Below are positions 49,776-61,230 of a DNA stretch of 64,000 bases, piece by piece. Below the pieces are notes generated by a model, which did not search any database, was not told where the DNA came from, and saw only the letters and a program-made list of their open reading frames with translations. Within the stretch, counting starts at the first letter, position 1. Each line of letters opens with the position of its first letter. Source of the DNA: SAR324 cluster bacterium REDSEA-S27_B3 (GTDB lineage: Bacteria > SAR324 > NAC60-12). The stretch spans positions 6,284 to 70,283 of the forward strand of contig LUQO01000041.1 in the NCBI GenBank assembly GCA_001627865.1, given 5' to 3'. A program made the translations under genes and the position numbers.

Positions 49776-50675
49776 TCAAGAATCATCCAGAGATTTTCTG
49801 CCGGCCAATGCCTCAAAAGTGTCAATAAGCAGGCGTCCCTGCTGAATTTCATGAACACGCAGAACAGACACACCCTGCCAGAGAGCAATGCCGGAAACTA
49901 AAGCACAGGGAATATCCCTTTCGGTAAAACTTAATCTGCGTCCGTTTGAAACTTCAGCCAAGAATGACTTTCTTGAAGGCCCAAGCAACAATGGTAAATC
50001 AAATTCATGCAATTCCGAAATTCTGCGTATGACCTCAAAACTGTATTTTGCATGACCGCTGATAAAAAAACCCATTCCCGGATCAATCACAATCTGACTT
50101 CTGTCAATCCCCAAGGACTCAGCATATTTGATACGTTCACTGAAAAAGTTCCGGAGCGTGTCCAGCACATCCCGGTATTCAGTTTGATCACGTGTTGTTC
50201 GTGGAGAAGCATCCTTAGAGTACATCATAACCACAGGCGCCTGATATTGCGCGATCACTCCCGCCATTTCCTTGTCGGCACGCAGAGCGCTTACATCATT
50301 TACAGCATCTGCCCCTGCTGCCAGTGACTTTCGAGCAACCTCTGCCTTCCATGTGTCCACGGAAATCCAGATATCACTTTCCTTGCGTATTGCCTGAATC
50401 AGTGGGATAACCCTTCGCAGTTCTTCCTCCAGTGGTACTTCCATACTGTCTGGTCCGGAAGACTCGCCGCCTATGTCCAGCCAGTCAGCGCCGTCCTCTA
50501 TAATTTTCCTGGCCTGGGACATTCCGTCTTCGAATTGGAAAAAGCTGGATCCGTCAGAAAATGAATCCGGAGTGGGATTCAGTATGCCCATCAGGCGAGG
50601 TCGGTCCAGGTTCAAAGTTTTTGCTCCGGAAACAAGTGTACGCGGGGGCAGTTCAAAAGGTGCGTAATCCATCAT
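49776..50675 (-). CDS. folP: Dihydropteroate synthase
   Basis: MGILNPTPDSFSDG, DIGGESSGP and VNDVSA. 299 aa. Confidence 0.9.
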   Translation of the reverse strand: MMDYAPFELPPRTLVSGAKTLNLDRPRLMGILNPTPDSFSDGSSFFQFEDGMSQARKIIEDGADWLDIGGESSGPDSMEVPLEEELRRVIPLIQAIRKESDIWISVDTWKAEVARKSLAAGADAVNDVSALRADKEMAGVIAQYQAPVVMMYSKDASPRTTRDQTEYRDVLDTLRNFFSERIKYAESLGIDRSQIVIDPGMGFFISGHAKYSFEVIRRISELHEFDLPLLLGPSRKSFLAEVSNGRRLSFTERDIPCALVSGIALWQGVSVLRVHEIQQGRLLIDTFEALAGRKSLDDS

Positions 50676-50772
50676 TATGTATTGGGTTTATTTGCCAAAT
50701 TGTAGAAAAAATGGTACTCCATTACTGTGACATTTTCCAAAAAAACTTAAATCCAAACCTGAACATTCAAAG

Positions 50773-51669
50773 ATGCTGACTTCCGGACCCGGAAAATTTC
50801 TTGCTCCAACATCACTTGGGGCAGGATATGCTATTGCCAAAATGCTTTCACTGAGAGCGCTTGACGCAGAGCTGGCAATCGCCCAGGATTTTTTTTACCA
50901 GTTCCTGGCGGGAGTTTTGCTGGGTTTCGCGCTGCGTCCTGTGGCAAGTATGATATACTGGAAACGTTTAAGTTCGATCATTGTATTCTCATTGTTTTTA
51001 ATTACACTTGGTCCGCTTGGGCAAACTTTCAGGCATCTGCTCTGGGGAACTCCTTTAAATGATGCTTTCTGGTCATTAATTATTCCGGAAGCAACTACCG
51101 CAATTTTCGTGGGAATACTCGTGACATTTCTGCTTCCCAGCAGTCATCAGGTGATAAGTCCGGGGTTTCTCTGGCGAAGACTGAAACAGGAGATCAACAT
51201 CTCCGGAACAATCAAGGTGCTGGGTTGCGGTTTAATTTACATGCTTTTATTTATAATTCTGCAAATCACATTTGATGAAAGTTTTGCCGCGCCATTCTGG
51301 ACGGAGCGTTTGACGGAGATATTGCACCAGCCTCCGTTATTACCGCAGTTAAAAGTCCTGCTTTTGTGGACTCAAGGCATTCTCAATACTTTGATACTGT
51401 TGCCTTTTTTCCTGGTTTTTTTTCGAGAGAAAGTTGAGCTGATTGTTGTGCTTGGTTCCCTGACATTTGTGGTGGCAGATTTTGCTCCGGCTTTTGCGAA
51501 TTTTCAGCGAATTGAACCGCTGCTTCTGCTGGACCAGGTATTCGTGGGATTCTGCCTGCAGTTTCTGTTTGTAACCGCAGCAGTTTTTTGTTTTGGACGT
51601 AATCAGCAAAAACAGCAGCGTAATACTTTTTCTGAGAAACCCCTATCAAATAAATATAAAAACGAATAA
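50773..51669 (+). CDS. Hypothetical polytopic membrane protein (298 aa)
   Basis: Multiple hydrophobic spans. It ends 3 nt before the next aminotransferase gene. Confidence 0.5.
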   Translation: MLTSGPGKFLAPTSLGAGYAIAKMLSLRALDAELAIAQDFFYQFLAGVLLGFALRPVASMIYWKRLSSIIVFSLFLITLGPLGQTFRHLLWGTPLNDAFWSLIIPEATTAIFVGILVTFLLPSSHQVISPGFLWRRLKQEINISGTIKVLGCGLIYMLLFIILQITFDESFAAPFWTERLTEILHQPPLLPQLKVLLLWTQGILNTLILLPFFLVFFREKVELIVVLGSLTFVVADFAPAFANFQRIEPLLLLDQVFVGFCLQFLFVTAAVFCFGRNQQKQQRNTFSEKPLSNKYKNE

Positions 51670-51672
51670 CAA

Positions 51673-52971
51673 ATGAGTTTATTTGCAGAACGAAATTACC
51701 GGATTGACACGGAGAACGCCTTCAAAGTAGGTCCGCATATTGTGCGTGTGGAACAGCAGAAAGGCGAGGTTATCAAGTTGAATCTGGGTGAGCCTGATTT
51801 TGCTGTTCCAAAGCATATAAAGGATGAAATCAAACGCCAGTTGGACTTGGATAATACTAACTACTGTGATCCCAAAGGACTGTTTTCTTTGCGTGAGGCT
51901 ATCAGCAGCCAGATCAATCAGACAAGAGGACTGAAAACAAATCCGGAACAGGTGGTGGTGTTCCCCGGAGGCAAGCCCTCGATTGGACTGGCACAACAGG
52001 TTTACTGTGAGTCGGGTGATGAAGTTATCTATCCAAGTCCGGGATTCCCGATTTATGAATCGTTCATCCGCTATGTCGGTGCTGTTCCTGTTCCCCTGCA
52101 TCTGGAAGAGGCAGCCAACTTCACCTTTTCTCCGGATCAACTCGCAGACAAGATCACTCACAAAACAAAGCTGATTTACCTCAATTTCCCCTCCAACCCA
52201 ACCGGAGGAGTTGCCACGCGAAAACAGATAGAGGAATTTGCCAATGTCATTCTTGAACACTGTCGGCCTGATATGCGTGTTTATTCAGATGAAATATATG
52301 AAAACATCATTTTTGACGGACAGCAGCACTACTCAATTTCTTCAGTTCCCAGCATGTCGGAACGTACGATCATCGCCAGCGGATTCTCAAAAAGCTATGC
52401 ATGGACAGGCGGAAGAATCGGCTATGCTGTTTTCCCCACAATTGAAGAAGCAGATGTTTTAAAAAAACTAAACATCAATTATTTCTCCTGTGTCCCTCCT
52501 TACAATCAGGAAGCAGCACGGGAAGCGCTTGAAAATCCATTGTCGAAGCAGGCAGTGAAAAAGATGGTGGACACTTTTGAAACACGGCGAAATCTGATCT
52601 GGAAGCAAATCAACCAAATCCCGGGAATCTGCTGCCAGAAGCCCGGAGGAGCATTTTACTTGTTTCCAAATATTTCTGGTATCTGCGAATATTTAGATTT
52701 GATTGAAAAGCATCAGCACCTTCCCATAGAAGAACAGAGTTCTCCGGCTAACCTGTTTCAGATGTTTGCCTTGTACGGGCATCAGGTTGCAGTACTGGAC
52801 CGTAAATCATTTGGACAAATAGGTGCTGAAGGAAAACACTTTCTGCGTCTTTCAATAGCCTCAGAGCAGTCTCTGCTTGAAGAAGGTGTGCTCCGCATAA
52901 AAAATGCCGCGGAAGACATTTCCGGACTGGACAAATTTCTGAGGCAGCGTCCGGACCTTAAATCAACTTGA
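51673..52971 (+). CDS. Class I/II PLP-dependent aminotransferase
   Basis: 432 aa. LNLGEPDF, NFPSNPTG, and SGFSKSYAWTGGRIGY (PLP lysine). Confidence 0.82.
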   Translation: MSLFAERNYRIDTENAFKVGPHIVRVEQQKGEVIKLNLGEPDFAVPKHIKDEIKRQLDLDNTNYCDPKGLFSLREAISSQINQTRGLKTNPEQVVVFPGGKPSIGLAQQVYCESGDEVIYPSPGFPIYESFIRYVGAVPVPLHLEEAANFTFSPDQLADKITHKTKLIYLNFPSNPTGGVATRKQIEEFANVILEHCRPDMRVYSDEIYENIIFDGQQHYSISSVPSMSERTIIASGFSKSYAWTGGRIGYAVFPTIEEADVLKKLNINYFSCVPPYNQEAAREALENPLSKQAVKKMVDTFETRRNLIWKQINQIPGICCQKPGGAFYLFPNISGICEYLDLIEKHQHLPIEEQSSPANLFQMFALYGHQVAVLDRKSFGQIGAEGKHFLRLSIASEQSLLEEGVLRIKNAAEDISGLDKFLRQRPDLKST

Positions 52972-53122
52972 TCTTAAAGCTAAATTTATCAGTGATTTAT
53001 GGATGAGTATTGTTTGTCCGTAAAAATGTAGAAAATAAGGACAATTTCAATCTGAGGTTTCTGAACTCTTTTTTGTTTGCACTCAGGAAGGAACTTTTTA
53101 AAAACAAATATTAAAAAAAATT

Positions 53123-54532
53123 GTGCAGGAAACACATCATTATGACATCGTTGTAATTGGCTCCGGACCAGCAGGAGAGAAAGCGGCGATGCAGGCCAGC
53201 AAACTCAAAAAACAGGTCGCCTTGATCGAGAAACAGCCGCGCCTTGGCGGAGCCTCACTCCATACCGGCACAGTGCCCTCAAAATCTTTGCGTGAAACTG
53301 TGATACACCTTGCACTTTTGCGTCAGCAGACTCATGGAATTGACATTAAATTTAAAGAGAATCTGACCACGCAGGAATTGATGTATCGCAAGGAAATGGT
53401 GATCCAGGACCAGGAAAGCTCGCTGCGACGTAACTTTGAAAAAAACCATATCATCGTAATCGAGGGGACACCACATTTTCTGACACCCTCCAGTCTGGAA
53501 ATTCATCCGGCGGATGCAAGTGAAAAATATGAAATCACAACAGATTACACAATCATCGCCACAGGATCATCCCCCCGCCGACCAAAATGGGCGCCTTTTG
53601 ATAATGAATGCGTCTTTGATTCCGACACTATCCTTGAAATAAAGCATCTGCCCAAAAAAGTGACCATAATTGGCGCAGGTGTGATCGGCTGTGAATATGC
53701 CTCAATCTTTTCAAAAATGGGTATCCGTGTGAACCTGATTGCGCGAAACCGCAACATTCTCCCCTTCGTGGACTGTCAGATTGTGGAAAATTTGATGTAC
53801 CAGATGCGCAATCAACGCGTCACACTGCGTCTGGGAGAAAATGTAGAAGACATTGAAAAAATAAATTCTGACGAAGTGCATGTAAAACTGGAAAGCAACA
53901 AAATCCTGCCATGCTCAACCGTGATGGTCGCCGCAGGTAGATTTGCCAATTCCGGAGGAATGAGCCTGGATAAGGTGGGAATTCAATTGGGTAATAACGG
54001 ACTGATCAAAACTAACGCAAATTTCCAGACAGCACAGCCAAACATCTACGCGGTAGGCGATGTGATCGGTTTTCCCGGTTTGGCGTCCACTTCCATTACA
54101 CAAGCACGGATTGCCGTTCTACATGCTTTTGGTCAGCTTGAATCAGAGAAAATGCCAAGGGAACTTCCGCTTGGAATCTGGACCATCCCTGCTGTTTCGA
54201 TGGTTGGAAAGACAGAGGAGGAATTAACTGATGCCTGCATTCCCTATGAAATCGGCATTGCCCATTTCAAGGAACTTTCCCGTGCGCACATCATGGCTGA
54301 AGAGGAAGGAATCCTGAAATTGCTTTTTGATCCGGAAACACTCAAAATCCTGGGTATCCACATCATCGGACCTCATGCCACCGAACTGATTCATCTGGGT
54401 CATTCCGTGATGCACTTCGAGGGGACCATCAATTACTTTATGAACACTGTCTTCAACTCACCCACGCTTGATGAAGCCTACCGCGTTGCCGCCTTCAACG
54501 GAATGAACCGTCTCGATCACGAATCGCTCTGA
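53123..54532 (+). CDS. sthA: Soluble pyridine nucleotide transhydrogenase (SthA-like flavoprotein disulfide-reductase family member without the redox disulfide)
   Basis: Colinear with E. coli SthA as recalled: VVIGSGPAGEKAA, GTVPSKSLRE (no CxxxxC), IIGAGVIGCEYASIF, YAVGDVIGFPGLAS, and NTVFNSPTLDEAYRVAA. GTG start. Confidence 0.82.
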   Translation: MQETHHYDIVVIGSGPAGEKAAMQASKLKKQVALIEKQPRLGGASLHTGTVPSKSLRETVIHLALLRQQTHGIDIKFKENLTTQELMYRKEMVIQDQESSLRRNFEKNHIIVIEGTPHFLTPSSLEIHPADASEKYEITTDYTIIATGSSPRRPKWAPFDNECVFDSDTILEIKHLPKKVTIIGAGVIGCEYASIFSKMGIRVNLIARNRNILPFVDCQIVENLMYQMRNQRVTLRLGENVEDIEKINSDEVHVKLESNKILPCSTVMVAAGRFANSGGMSLDKVGIQLGNNGLIKTNANFQTAQPNIYAVGDVIGFPGLASTSITQARIAVLHAFGQLESEKMPRELPLGIWTIPAVSMVGKTEEELTDACIPYEIGIAHFKELSRAHIMAEEEGILKLLFDPETLKILGIHIIGPHATELIHLGHSVMHFEGTINYFMNTVFNSPTLDEAYRVAAFNGMNRLDHESL

Positions 54533-54636
54533 CTCCTGCGTCTTTAAAAAATTCCTGATTCGATTTTGTAGAAATAAGACTTGTGTCCAATCACTTAACC
54601 ACAAATTAACCATAAATAGTGAATCCTGAAAAAAAA

Positions 54637-54678
54637 GTGTCATTCCGGGCGAAGCAAAGCGAAGTCCCAGAATGACAC
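54637..54678. repeat. REP-like palindrome (related variant) between convergent genes
   Basis: gtgtcattccgggcgaagcaaagcgaagtcccagaatgacac. The outer arms gtgtcattc/gaatgacac are complementary. Confidence 0.5.
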
Positions 54679-54688
54679 GAAGGTGGAT

Positions 54689-55687
54689 TTATGAAGTGAA
54701 TGTTTTTCGGTAGGCAAATAAAGCTGCGGAGCCGCCGGTGTGCAGGAAGACCACATTTTCATCTTTGCGGAAATGCCCCTTGCGGATAAGGTCAATCAGT
54801 CCGGCCATTGCTTTTCCGGAATAGACAGGATCCAACAGAATACCTTCTTCACGTGCCAGTAATCCAACTGCTTCAAGCATGCCTTCAGTAGGCAGACCAT
54901 ATCCGGGCCCAACATAGTCTCCATAGGCAACAACTGCTTCACTACTAACACTTCCAGGAATTCCCAGGAATTCCGCTGTTTCCTTTGCAAGATTAAACAC
55001 CTTTTTCTCTTGTGCCTGCTTTTCCGCGCCAACGCATATTCCCAACACCGGGATGCCGCTTCGTGTTCCTTCCATGCCTGTTACCAGTCCGGACTGTGTT
55101 CCAGCGCTTCCGGTGGCAGTAATCAGATGATCAACATTCAGTCCACGATCGTTGAGCTGTCCCACCAGTTCCATCGCGCAATTTACATATCCGAGGGCGC
55201 CTGTGGGATTTGAGCCTCCGCCAGGAATAATGTAAGGGTTCCCTCCTTTTTTTCTAACTTCCTGTGCTTTTTCTTCCATAACGGCATCCATGTCTGTTCC
55301 TGCCGGAACTACCTGAATCGATGCCCCAAAAATTCGATCAAGCAGGACATTGCCATTTTCCAGATAGTCCGGATCATCGCTGCCTGTACGGTGTTCCAGC
55401 AAAATTTCGCAACGCAGCCCCAATTTTGCTGAAATGGCCGCAGTTTGGCGTACGTGGTTTGATTGTGTAGCGCCCTGTGTGATGATCGTGTCTGCCTTTT
55501 TATGCAACGCGTCACCAATCAGAAACTCAAGTTTGCGTGTTTTGTTTCCACCGGTAGCAAGTCCGGTGCAATCGTCTCTTTTTATAAAAATCTGTGGTCC
55601 ACCCAGCAGTTTGCTCAACTTTTCCAGGGGTTCAAGAGGAGTCGGCAGATGAGCAAAATGAATACGTGGGAATCGTGAAATGTGCAT
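54689..55687 (-). CDS. D-cysteine desulfhydrase / ACC deaminase-family PLP enzyme
   Basis: 332 aa. [11 protein letters not shown] (PLP lysine) and HTGG. Confidence 0.8.
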   Translation of the reverse strand: MHISRFPRIHFAHLPTPLEPLEKLSKLLGGPQIFIKRDDCTGLATGGNKTRKLEFLIGDALHKKADTIITQGATQSNHVRQTAAISAKLGLRCEILLEHRTGSDDPDYLENGNVLLDRIFGASIQVVPAGTDMDAVMEEKAQEVRKKGGNPYIIPGGGSNPTGALGYVNCAMELVGQLNDRGLNVDHLITATGSAGTQSGLVTGMEGTRSGIPVLGICVGAEKQAQEKKVFNLAKETAEFLGIPGSVSSEAVVAYGDYVGPGYGLPTEGMLEAVGLLAREEGILLDPVYSGKAMAGLIDLIRKGHFRKDENVVFLHTGGSAALFAYRKTFTS

Positions 55688-55744
55688 ATTGTTTTCAAGG
55701 TTGTGATTTTCCTGAAATTGGAATCAAGTTAAACTAAAATAATG

Positions 55745-56536
55745 TTATTCTACTTTAAGCAGTCCCAGCACCTGTTCATGTAATTCCTTTGATGCCGCAG
55801 CAACAACACAACCATCCCAGGTATCACCAAAAGTACTGCTGCCCTGCCAGTCAGTGATCACGCCTCCTGCTGACTGGATCACCGGCACAAGCGCCATCAC
55901 ATCATATATTTTCAGGTCAGCCTCTACCACCAAATCTATATATCCGGAGGCAAGCAGTCCATAGCTGTAACAATCTCCACCGAATCTGGAAAGTTTTACA
56001 CGTGTGGCAAGCCTGTCATACAGAGGTTTTTGTTTACTGCTGAACATACCCGGGTCTGCGCTGTAGAGAATTGCTTTTTCAATATTTTGCTTTTCAGAAG
56101 CCTTGCAGACAACTTTTATTTCACCAGATTGTTCTGAAAAATAAAAACATTCTTTTCCGCTTAAAGAAAACCAGCGCTCCCTCAAAATCGGCATATCGAT
56201 AATTCCGAGATATGGAACATTGTGTTCAAGCAGGGAAATAAGTGTACCAAAAATCGGCATTCCGGCCACGAAACTTCGGGTTCCGTCAATTGGATCAATC
56301 ACCCATTTCCATCTGCTCCCAGTATTTTGATAGCCGTGCTCTTCTCCCAGAATATCATGTTCAGGATACTTTTCTGTGATCATCTCACGCAATACTGTTT
56401 CCGCAAGACGATCCGCAACTGTAACCGGGCTGCTGTCAGGTTTATCCTCAACAGTAAAATCTGCGCGAAAATATTTTCGAATCACATTTCCGGACGCGTC
56501 CGCCAGTTCATGTGCAAATTGCACGAAATCAGACAT
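55745..56536 (-). CDS. Inositol monophosphatase-family phosphatase (HisN-like histidinol-phosphatase candidate)
   Basis: ILGEE, WVIDPIDGT and WDGCVVAAA-type motifs. 263 aa. Confidence 0.72.
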   Translation of the reverse strand: MSDFVQFAHELADASGNVIRKYFRADFTVEDKPDSSPVTVADRLAETVLREMITEKYPEHDILGEEHGYQNTGSRWKWVIDPIDGTRSFVAGMPIFGTLISLLEHNVPYLGIIDMPILRERWFSLSGKECFYFSEQSGEIKVVCKASEKQNIEKAILYSADPGMFSSKQKPLYDRLATRVKLSRFGGDCYSYGLLASGYIDLVVEADLKIYDVMALVPVIQSAGGVITDWQGSSTFGDTWDGCVVAAASKELHEQVLGLLKVE

Positions 56537-56574
56537 CAGGTTTGATGAGTCGAACTAATTTCTAGAGAGGACTA

Positions 56575-57888
56575 TCATGAAGATTTTGCGGTGACAGTTG
56601 GGTCCTTTTCCAGCTCCTCAACCATTGCCTTAAGGAAGAAGAAAAAAGTCTGCAGAATGGAATACACCGGCACAGCCAGCAGCGCGCCTGCTATTCCGGC
56701 CACGTGTTCCCCTGTGACAAGCGCAAACACAATCAGCGCCGGATGTATATGCGCGGCCGTACCCATGATTTTAGGATTGAGGAAATTACCTTCAATAAAG
56801 TGAATCAGCAAAATCCAGAGTAGCGCCATAAAGCCTGTACCAAATGAAATCGTCAGCCCCATGATCACGATCGGGATACTGGACAGTATTGTACCAAAAA
56901 TTGGAATCAATGAAAAAACCATTGCCACTAAACCGAGTGTGAACGCGAAGGGAACACCGATTATCACCAATCCAATAAAGGTCAGGACACCGTTGACTAA
57001 ACAAATCAACAATTGTCCACGAACCACCCCATTCAATCCTTTATCCAGACTTTTGAGCAGATTGCTGTATCTTTCATGATACTGCTGAGGTACAAGTGAG
57101 CGCCAGAATGATAAAATACGATCTGTGTCAACAAGTATAAATGCTGCCACCATAAAAGTTAAAAACAGGGTGAACACGGATCCAACCACATTTGAAATCA
57201 GCTGACGTCCAAAGCCAAGAAAACGAACCATATCAGCTTTAACGCGGTTAACTCCTTCCTCTGCCAGCATAGACATTCTGGTTTTCATGTCCAGAGGTTC
57301 TTTTGGATTTTCTTCAAATCCGCTTTCACCACCGTTTTTCCTGTGAGGAACAACTTCAATTCTGTCAGAATCAAGCCCACGTATTTCGTATGTATAGTTG
57401 TTCAGAATTTTCATCAATTCGCCGTTTTCAATCTGGACATGCTCAACTTTCTTGTCTGGTTCCTGTGTTTCAACAGTTGGTAGAGGTTCCTCCACGGCTG
57501 GTTCTGGCAAGAGTGAAGTGAAGTAATTAATTTTTTCATCTAAAACAGGCCCCCACTCTTCGGACAATTTGGTTACCGCTTTGGGGAATTCCTGAATCAT
57601 ACGCCCCATTTCAGCAGAGACATTTGGCACAACATAACTTCCTCCTCCGATCAATACGAGCAATATCACCAGATACACAAGCAGTACCGCCACACCGCGC
57701 GAAATACTGTAGGAACGGAATTTTCTATGGTGAAGTTTGTCTATCACCGGCGCAAGCACATAAGCCAGGAATCCTGCCAGCAAAAATGGAAAGAGGATTT
57801 TGTTTAAAAACAAAATGATTCCAAACAGCGTCCCGAGCAAAATCAGGATAACCAGAGTTCGTCCTCGATGTCCGAGAAATTTTAGCAT
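56575..57888 (-). CDS. AI-2E family (PerM/UPF0118) transporter
   Basis: 437 aa with about 8 TM spans, and a large loop insertion between TM3 and TM4. Confidence 0.75.
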   Translation of the reverse strand: MLKFLGHRGRTLVILILLGTLFGIILFLNKILFPFLLAGFLAYVLAPVIDKLHHRKFRSYSISRGVAVLLVYLVILLVLIGGGSYVVPNVSAEMGRMIQEFPKAVTKLSEEWGPVLDEKINYFTSLLPEPAVEEPLPTVETQEPDKKVEHVQIENGELMKILNNYTYEIRGLDSDRIEVVPHRKNGGESGFEENPKEPLDMKTRMSMLAEEGVNRVKADMVRFLGFGRQLISNVVGSVFTLFLTFMVAAFILVDTDRILSFWRSLVPQQYHERYSNLLKSLDKGLNGVVRGQLLICLVNGVLTFIGLVIIGVPFAFTLGLVAMVFSLIPIFGTILSSIPIVIMGLTISFGTGFMALLWILLIHFIEGNFLNPKIMGTAAHIHPALIVFALVTGEHVAGIAGALLAVPVYSILQTFFFFLKAMVEELEKDPTVTAKSS

Positions 57889-57979
57889 TATTAAAATTGT
57901 AAGAGATTTTTTAGCAGATAAAGATAGATTCCAGACAACCCACGATAGTCATTTCAGCGGATTTTTCAAGCTATTTCAG

Positions 57980-59632
57980 CTATTCCCTTTGTGTTCCAAG
58001 CATGGGGCTGGGTTGATAATGACGCAGCAGATACAGGAGAGTGTTGCCCAGAACCTTCCGGCTGTATCCTGGCATTACTATACTGGAAACTGAACCGAGC
58101 CTTAAGGCTTCTTCAGGATTCAGCAGTTCCTGTTCATATCTCTCGGTCAGTTTTGCCATTGCTTTATCCCGGACAATCGCAGCTTCATGTTCATCCATTC
58201 CGGAATCAAGACTTTGCTGAAAGTTCGATAGAATTTCACGATATTCATCTTTATAAACAAACTGTCGTCCAGCCGGACCCATCACCGCGATTCTGGCGCT
58301 TGGCAGGGCAAACACAAAATCCGCGCCGACATGATAGCTGTTCCAGGCGCAATATGCTCCGCCGAAAGCATTCCTCACAATCAAGGTCAACCGAGGCACA
58401 CGCAGGTCCACAATTGAATCCAGCAGTTCACGGCCTGCCTGAACAACTCCGGCACGTTCCTGCTCAGAGCCCGGAGCATAGCCGCTAACATCTTCAAGAA
58501 ATATAACTGGAATATTATAGAGGTTGCAGAAACGGATGAACTTTGCTCCCTTCCTGGATGATTCAGTATCTATATTTCCCGAAGCAAAAGCACTGTTATT
58601 GGCAATGAAGCCCACCACATGTCCACCCATCCTGCCAAAAGCAGTGATCAGTTGTTTTGCCCGAACTTCCTGAATTTGAAAATAATCACCATAATCCACA
58701 AGCTGCTGCAGGAACAGCCGCATATCAAAAGGGGTGTTGAATCCTGAAACCGGATTAGTAAATGTTTTGTGCAGCAAAACTGCCTCTTCCTCAACATACT
58801 CATCCAATGATAGTGAGGTTGAACGAAACGGAGCTGCAGAGTGGTTATTATCCGGAAGATAGCTCAACAGCCGCAGCGCTGTCCTCAGCGCCCCCAACTC
58901 ATCAGGAGCAGTCAGATCAACCACCCCGCTTTTGCTGTGTACTTTTGGTCCCCCCAGTTCATCCGCGGTTATATCTTCACCAAGCGCCTCACGCACAACA
59001 TTTGGACCGGTTAAGCCAAAAAAAGTATTTTCAGGCTGAATCAGGAAAGACCCCTGTCTTGGCAGGTACGCTCCTCCGCCGGCATTGTAACCGAACATCA
59101 GCAGAATTGACGGCACAACTCCGCTGATTTTCCTCATTGCCGCAAAAGCTTCAGAATATCCGTCCAGTCCTCCAACTCCCGCGGGAACAAAGGCGCCGGC
59201 GGAATCGTTCATTCCTATCAATGGAATTCCATGCTCACCGGCCATTAAAATCTGGCGGGCCAGTTTTGCTCCGTTTGTAGCATCAATCGAGCCCGCACGA
59301 ACAGTGAAATCATGTCCGTAAATCGCCACGTCGCGTCCGTCTATGTCCAGAATTCCTGTAACAATTCCTGCACCGTCCAGTTCTGAGCCCCAGTTCTGGA
59401 AAGTTATGTGCGGTTCTGCTGAAGTTAAAACCTTGATGCGCTCCCAAACAGTCATGCGGCCCTTGTTGTGCTGAACACGCACCCGTGATTCACCACCGCC
59501 CTTCAACGGTTTTTCCAGCAGTTCTTCACCCCGCTGGAGCATCCTGTCATATAGCGTCTCAGGGGTTTCTTCCGCAGATTGTTTTTCTGATGATTTTGGA
59601 TCCAATGGATTGTCTAGGCTGAGTTTTACCAC
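57980..59632 (-). CDS. Acyl-CoA carboxylase carboxyltransferase (beta) subunit
   Basis: 550 aa with duplicated crotonase-like carboxyltransferase halves: [18 protein letters not shown], and [13 protein letters not shown]. Confidence 0.83.
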   Translation of the reverse strand: MVKLSLDNPLDPKSSEKQSAEETPETLYDRMLQRGEELLEKPLKGGGESRVRVQHNKGRMTVWERIKVLTSAEPHITFQNWGSELDGAGIVTGILDIDGRDVAIYGHDFTVRAGSIDATNGAKLARQILMAGEHGIPLIGMNDSAGAFVPAGVGGLDGYSEAFAAMRKISGVVPSILLMFGYNAGGGAYLPRQGSFLIQPENTFFGLTGPNVVREALGEDITADELGGPKVHSKSGVVDLTAPDELGALRTALRLLSYLPDNNHSAAPFRSTSLSLDEYVEEEAVLLHKTFTNPVSGFNTPFDMRLFLQQLVDYGDYFQIQEVRAKQLITAFGRMGGHVVGFIANNSAFASGNIDTESSRKGAKFIRFCNLYNIPVIFLEDVSGYAPGSEQERAGVVQAGRELLDSIVDLRVPRLTLIVRNAFGGAYCAWNSYHVGADFVFALPSARIAVMGPAGRQFVYKDEYREILSNFQQSLDSGMDEHEAAIVRDKAMAKLTERYEQELLNPEEALRLGSVSSIVMPGYSRKVLGNTLLYLLRHYQPSPMLGTQRE

Positions 59633-59809
59633 TTGTTTTGTATCACAACAGTTGACGCGGTTCTCTTAATCAGCAAGAAGAAGTATTCCACACAAAAACA
59701 CTGCTGACTAAATCAGGCAATCAGAACTTTAATCCCAAATTACTCGCAAAGCAAGTTAAACTATAGCACTTAAGATTTTATTTAATTTACTGAATTGTAT
59801 TGAAAACAA

Positions 59810-60748
59810 ATGAGCATAGTATTTTTGGGAACCCCGGAATGGGCCATCCCTTCTCTCAAAGCAATCATTGAATCCGGAAATGAAGTAAGCGCAGTTATCA
59901 CTCAACCGGACCGTCCGCTTGGACGAAAAAGACAGCTTACTCCGTCGCCTGTAAAACAATTCGCGCTGGAACATAATCTGACAGTATTTGCACCGGAAAA
60001 GGCAGGAAGTCCGGAAATGCTGGAACAGGTGCGCTCTTTGTCTCCGGAAATGATTATAGTCTGCGCGTACGGACAAATTCTATCTCAGCAGTTCCTGGAT
60101 ATTCCAAAGATCGGCTGCCTCAATCTCCATTTTTCCTTTTTGCCAAAGCTTCGCGGAGCATCTCCGGTGCAGTCAGCAATTGCTTCCGGATTTAAAGCAA
60201 CCGGCGTGTCACTGCAAAAAATGGTATTGCGTCTTGATTCAGGACCTTTGGCTGCATCTTCCGAAGAGGTTGAAATTCTTCCGGATCACACAACCCCTCT
60301 GCTGGGAGCAATGCTGGCGGAAATCGGCGGTAAATTGATTGCTGATAATTTGACAAACTTACTAAATGAGAAATTCACTATGAATGAGCAAAATGAGGCG
60401 GATGCGACTTACTGCGGAATAATTAAAAAGGAGGATGGACACGTAAACTGGAAAGCAGATACAGCTGTTGATATTGAAAGAAAGCTGCGTGCGTATACCC
60501 CATGGCCGGGAATATTCAGTTTTTGCCGAGAAAATGATAAAACCGAAAACAACAAGAGGCTTCAGTTTACAAAAGTCGAAGTTGTGCAAGGCAACTTTAA
60601 ACCTGGGGAAATATATCCAGGAATGATTGTTGGAGCATACACAGACGGTTTAAAAATATTGACTATCAAGCCTGAAGGTAAAAATGAAATGGATGCAGAT
60701 TCATTTTTACGCGGAAATTCTCAAATTTTGGGGTCCGTATTGAGGTAA
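59810..60748 (+). CDS. fmt: Methionyl-tRNA formyltransferase
   Basis: MSIVFLGTPEWA, NLHFSFLPKLRGASPVQ and a C-terminal OB-like domain. 312 aa. Confidence 0.93.
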   Translation: MSIVFLGTPEWAIPSLKAIIESGNEVSAVITQPDRPLGRKRQLTPSPVKQFALEHNLTVFAPEKAGSPEMLEQVRSLSPEMIIVCAYGQILSQQFLDIPKIGCLNLHFSFLPKLRGASPVQSAIASGFKATGVSLQKMVLRLDSGPLAASSEEVEILPDHTTPLLGAMLAEIGGKLIADNLTNLLNEKFTMNEQNEADATYCGIIKKEDGHVNWKADTAVDIERKLRAYTPWPGIFSFCRENDKTENNKRLQFTKVEVVQGNFKPGEIYPGMIVGAYTDGLKILTIKPEGKNEMDADSFLRGNSQILGSVLR

Positions 60749-60973
60749 TCAAAAAATACGGAGTTTCAAATAAGGCAGGATTTATTGGCTGAATTTCAGA
60801 AAATAACAGCCATTTTAATTTAAAACGCGCAGTGACTGAAATGGCAGATGCCGGTCCTAAAAACCGGCCCTGTCTATGCAAGTCATGCCTGCGCGTCATA
60901 TAAGAATAAATGAAAGAATGTTGTGTGCAGGAAGAAACATTAATAAATGATTCTTCATAATATCCCATTTACT

Positions 60974-61180
60974 CTAATCACAACTTTTGTCAAGCCACTG
61001 CTTGTTTTCATTAATACAGTGCCATTGAGAAGTTGTTGTGAATATTAAACTATTCCCTTTTATAGATTTTTTATTTTCATAAAAACCTAATGCACCGGGA
61101 CCTGAAGTTCCATCTGTCGTCCCACAACTAACAACCATCCATGTCGCCATCATTATTACTAATAATAATAGCTTATTCAT
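60974..61180 (-). CDS. Small putative lipoprotein (68 aa)
   Basis: Signal peptide with lipobox MVVSC. Confidence 0.4.
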   Translation of the reverse strand: MNKLLLLVIMMATWMVVSCGTTDGTSGPGALGFYENKKSIKGNSLIFTTTSQWHCINENKQWLDKSCD

Positions 61181-61212
61181 CTATACTCCTTTTATTTATG
61201 TTAATAAAAACA

Positions 61213-61230
61213 TTATCAATCACAGCTGTT
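61213..61230 (+). repeat. Left copy of an imperfect direct repeat flanking the AT-rich region
   Basis: ttatcaat-c-acagctgtt here versus ttatcaat-at-acagctgtt at 62123-62141. Confidence 0.5.

Noticed and set aside
60841-60903. A 20-codon ORF (MADAGPKNRPCLCKSCLRVI) with an embedded gccggt/accggc hairpin, downstream of fmt.
   Set aside because: It is too short, there is no evident ribosome-binding site and there is no supporting context. The hairpin lacks a U-tract.
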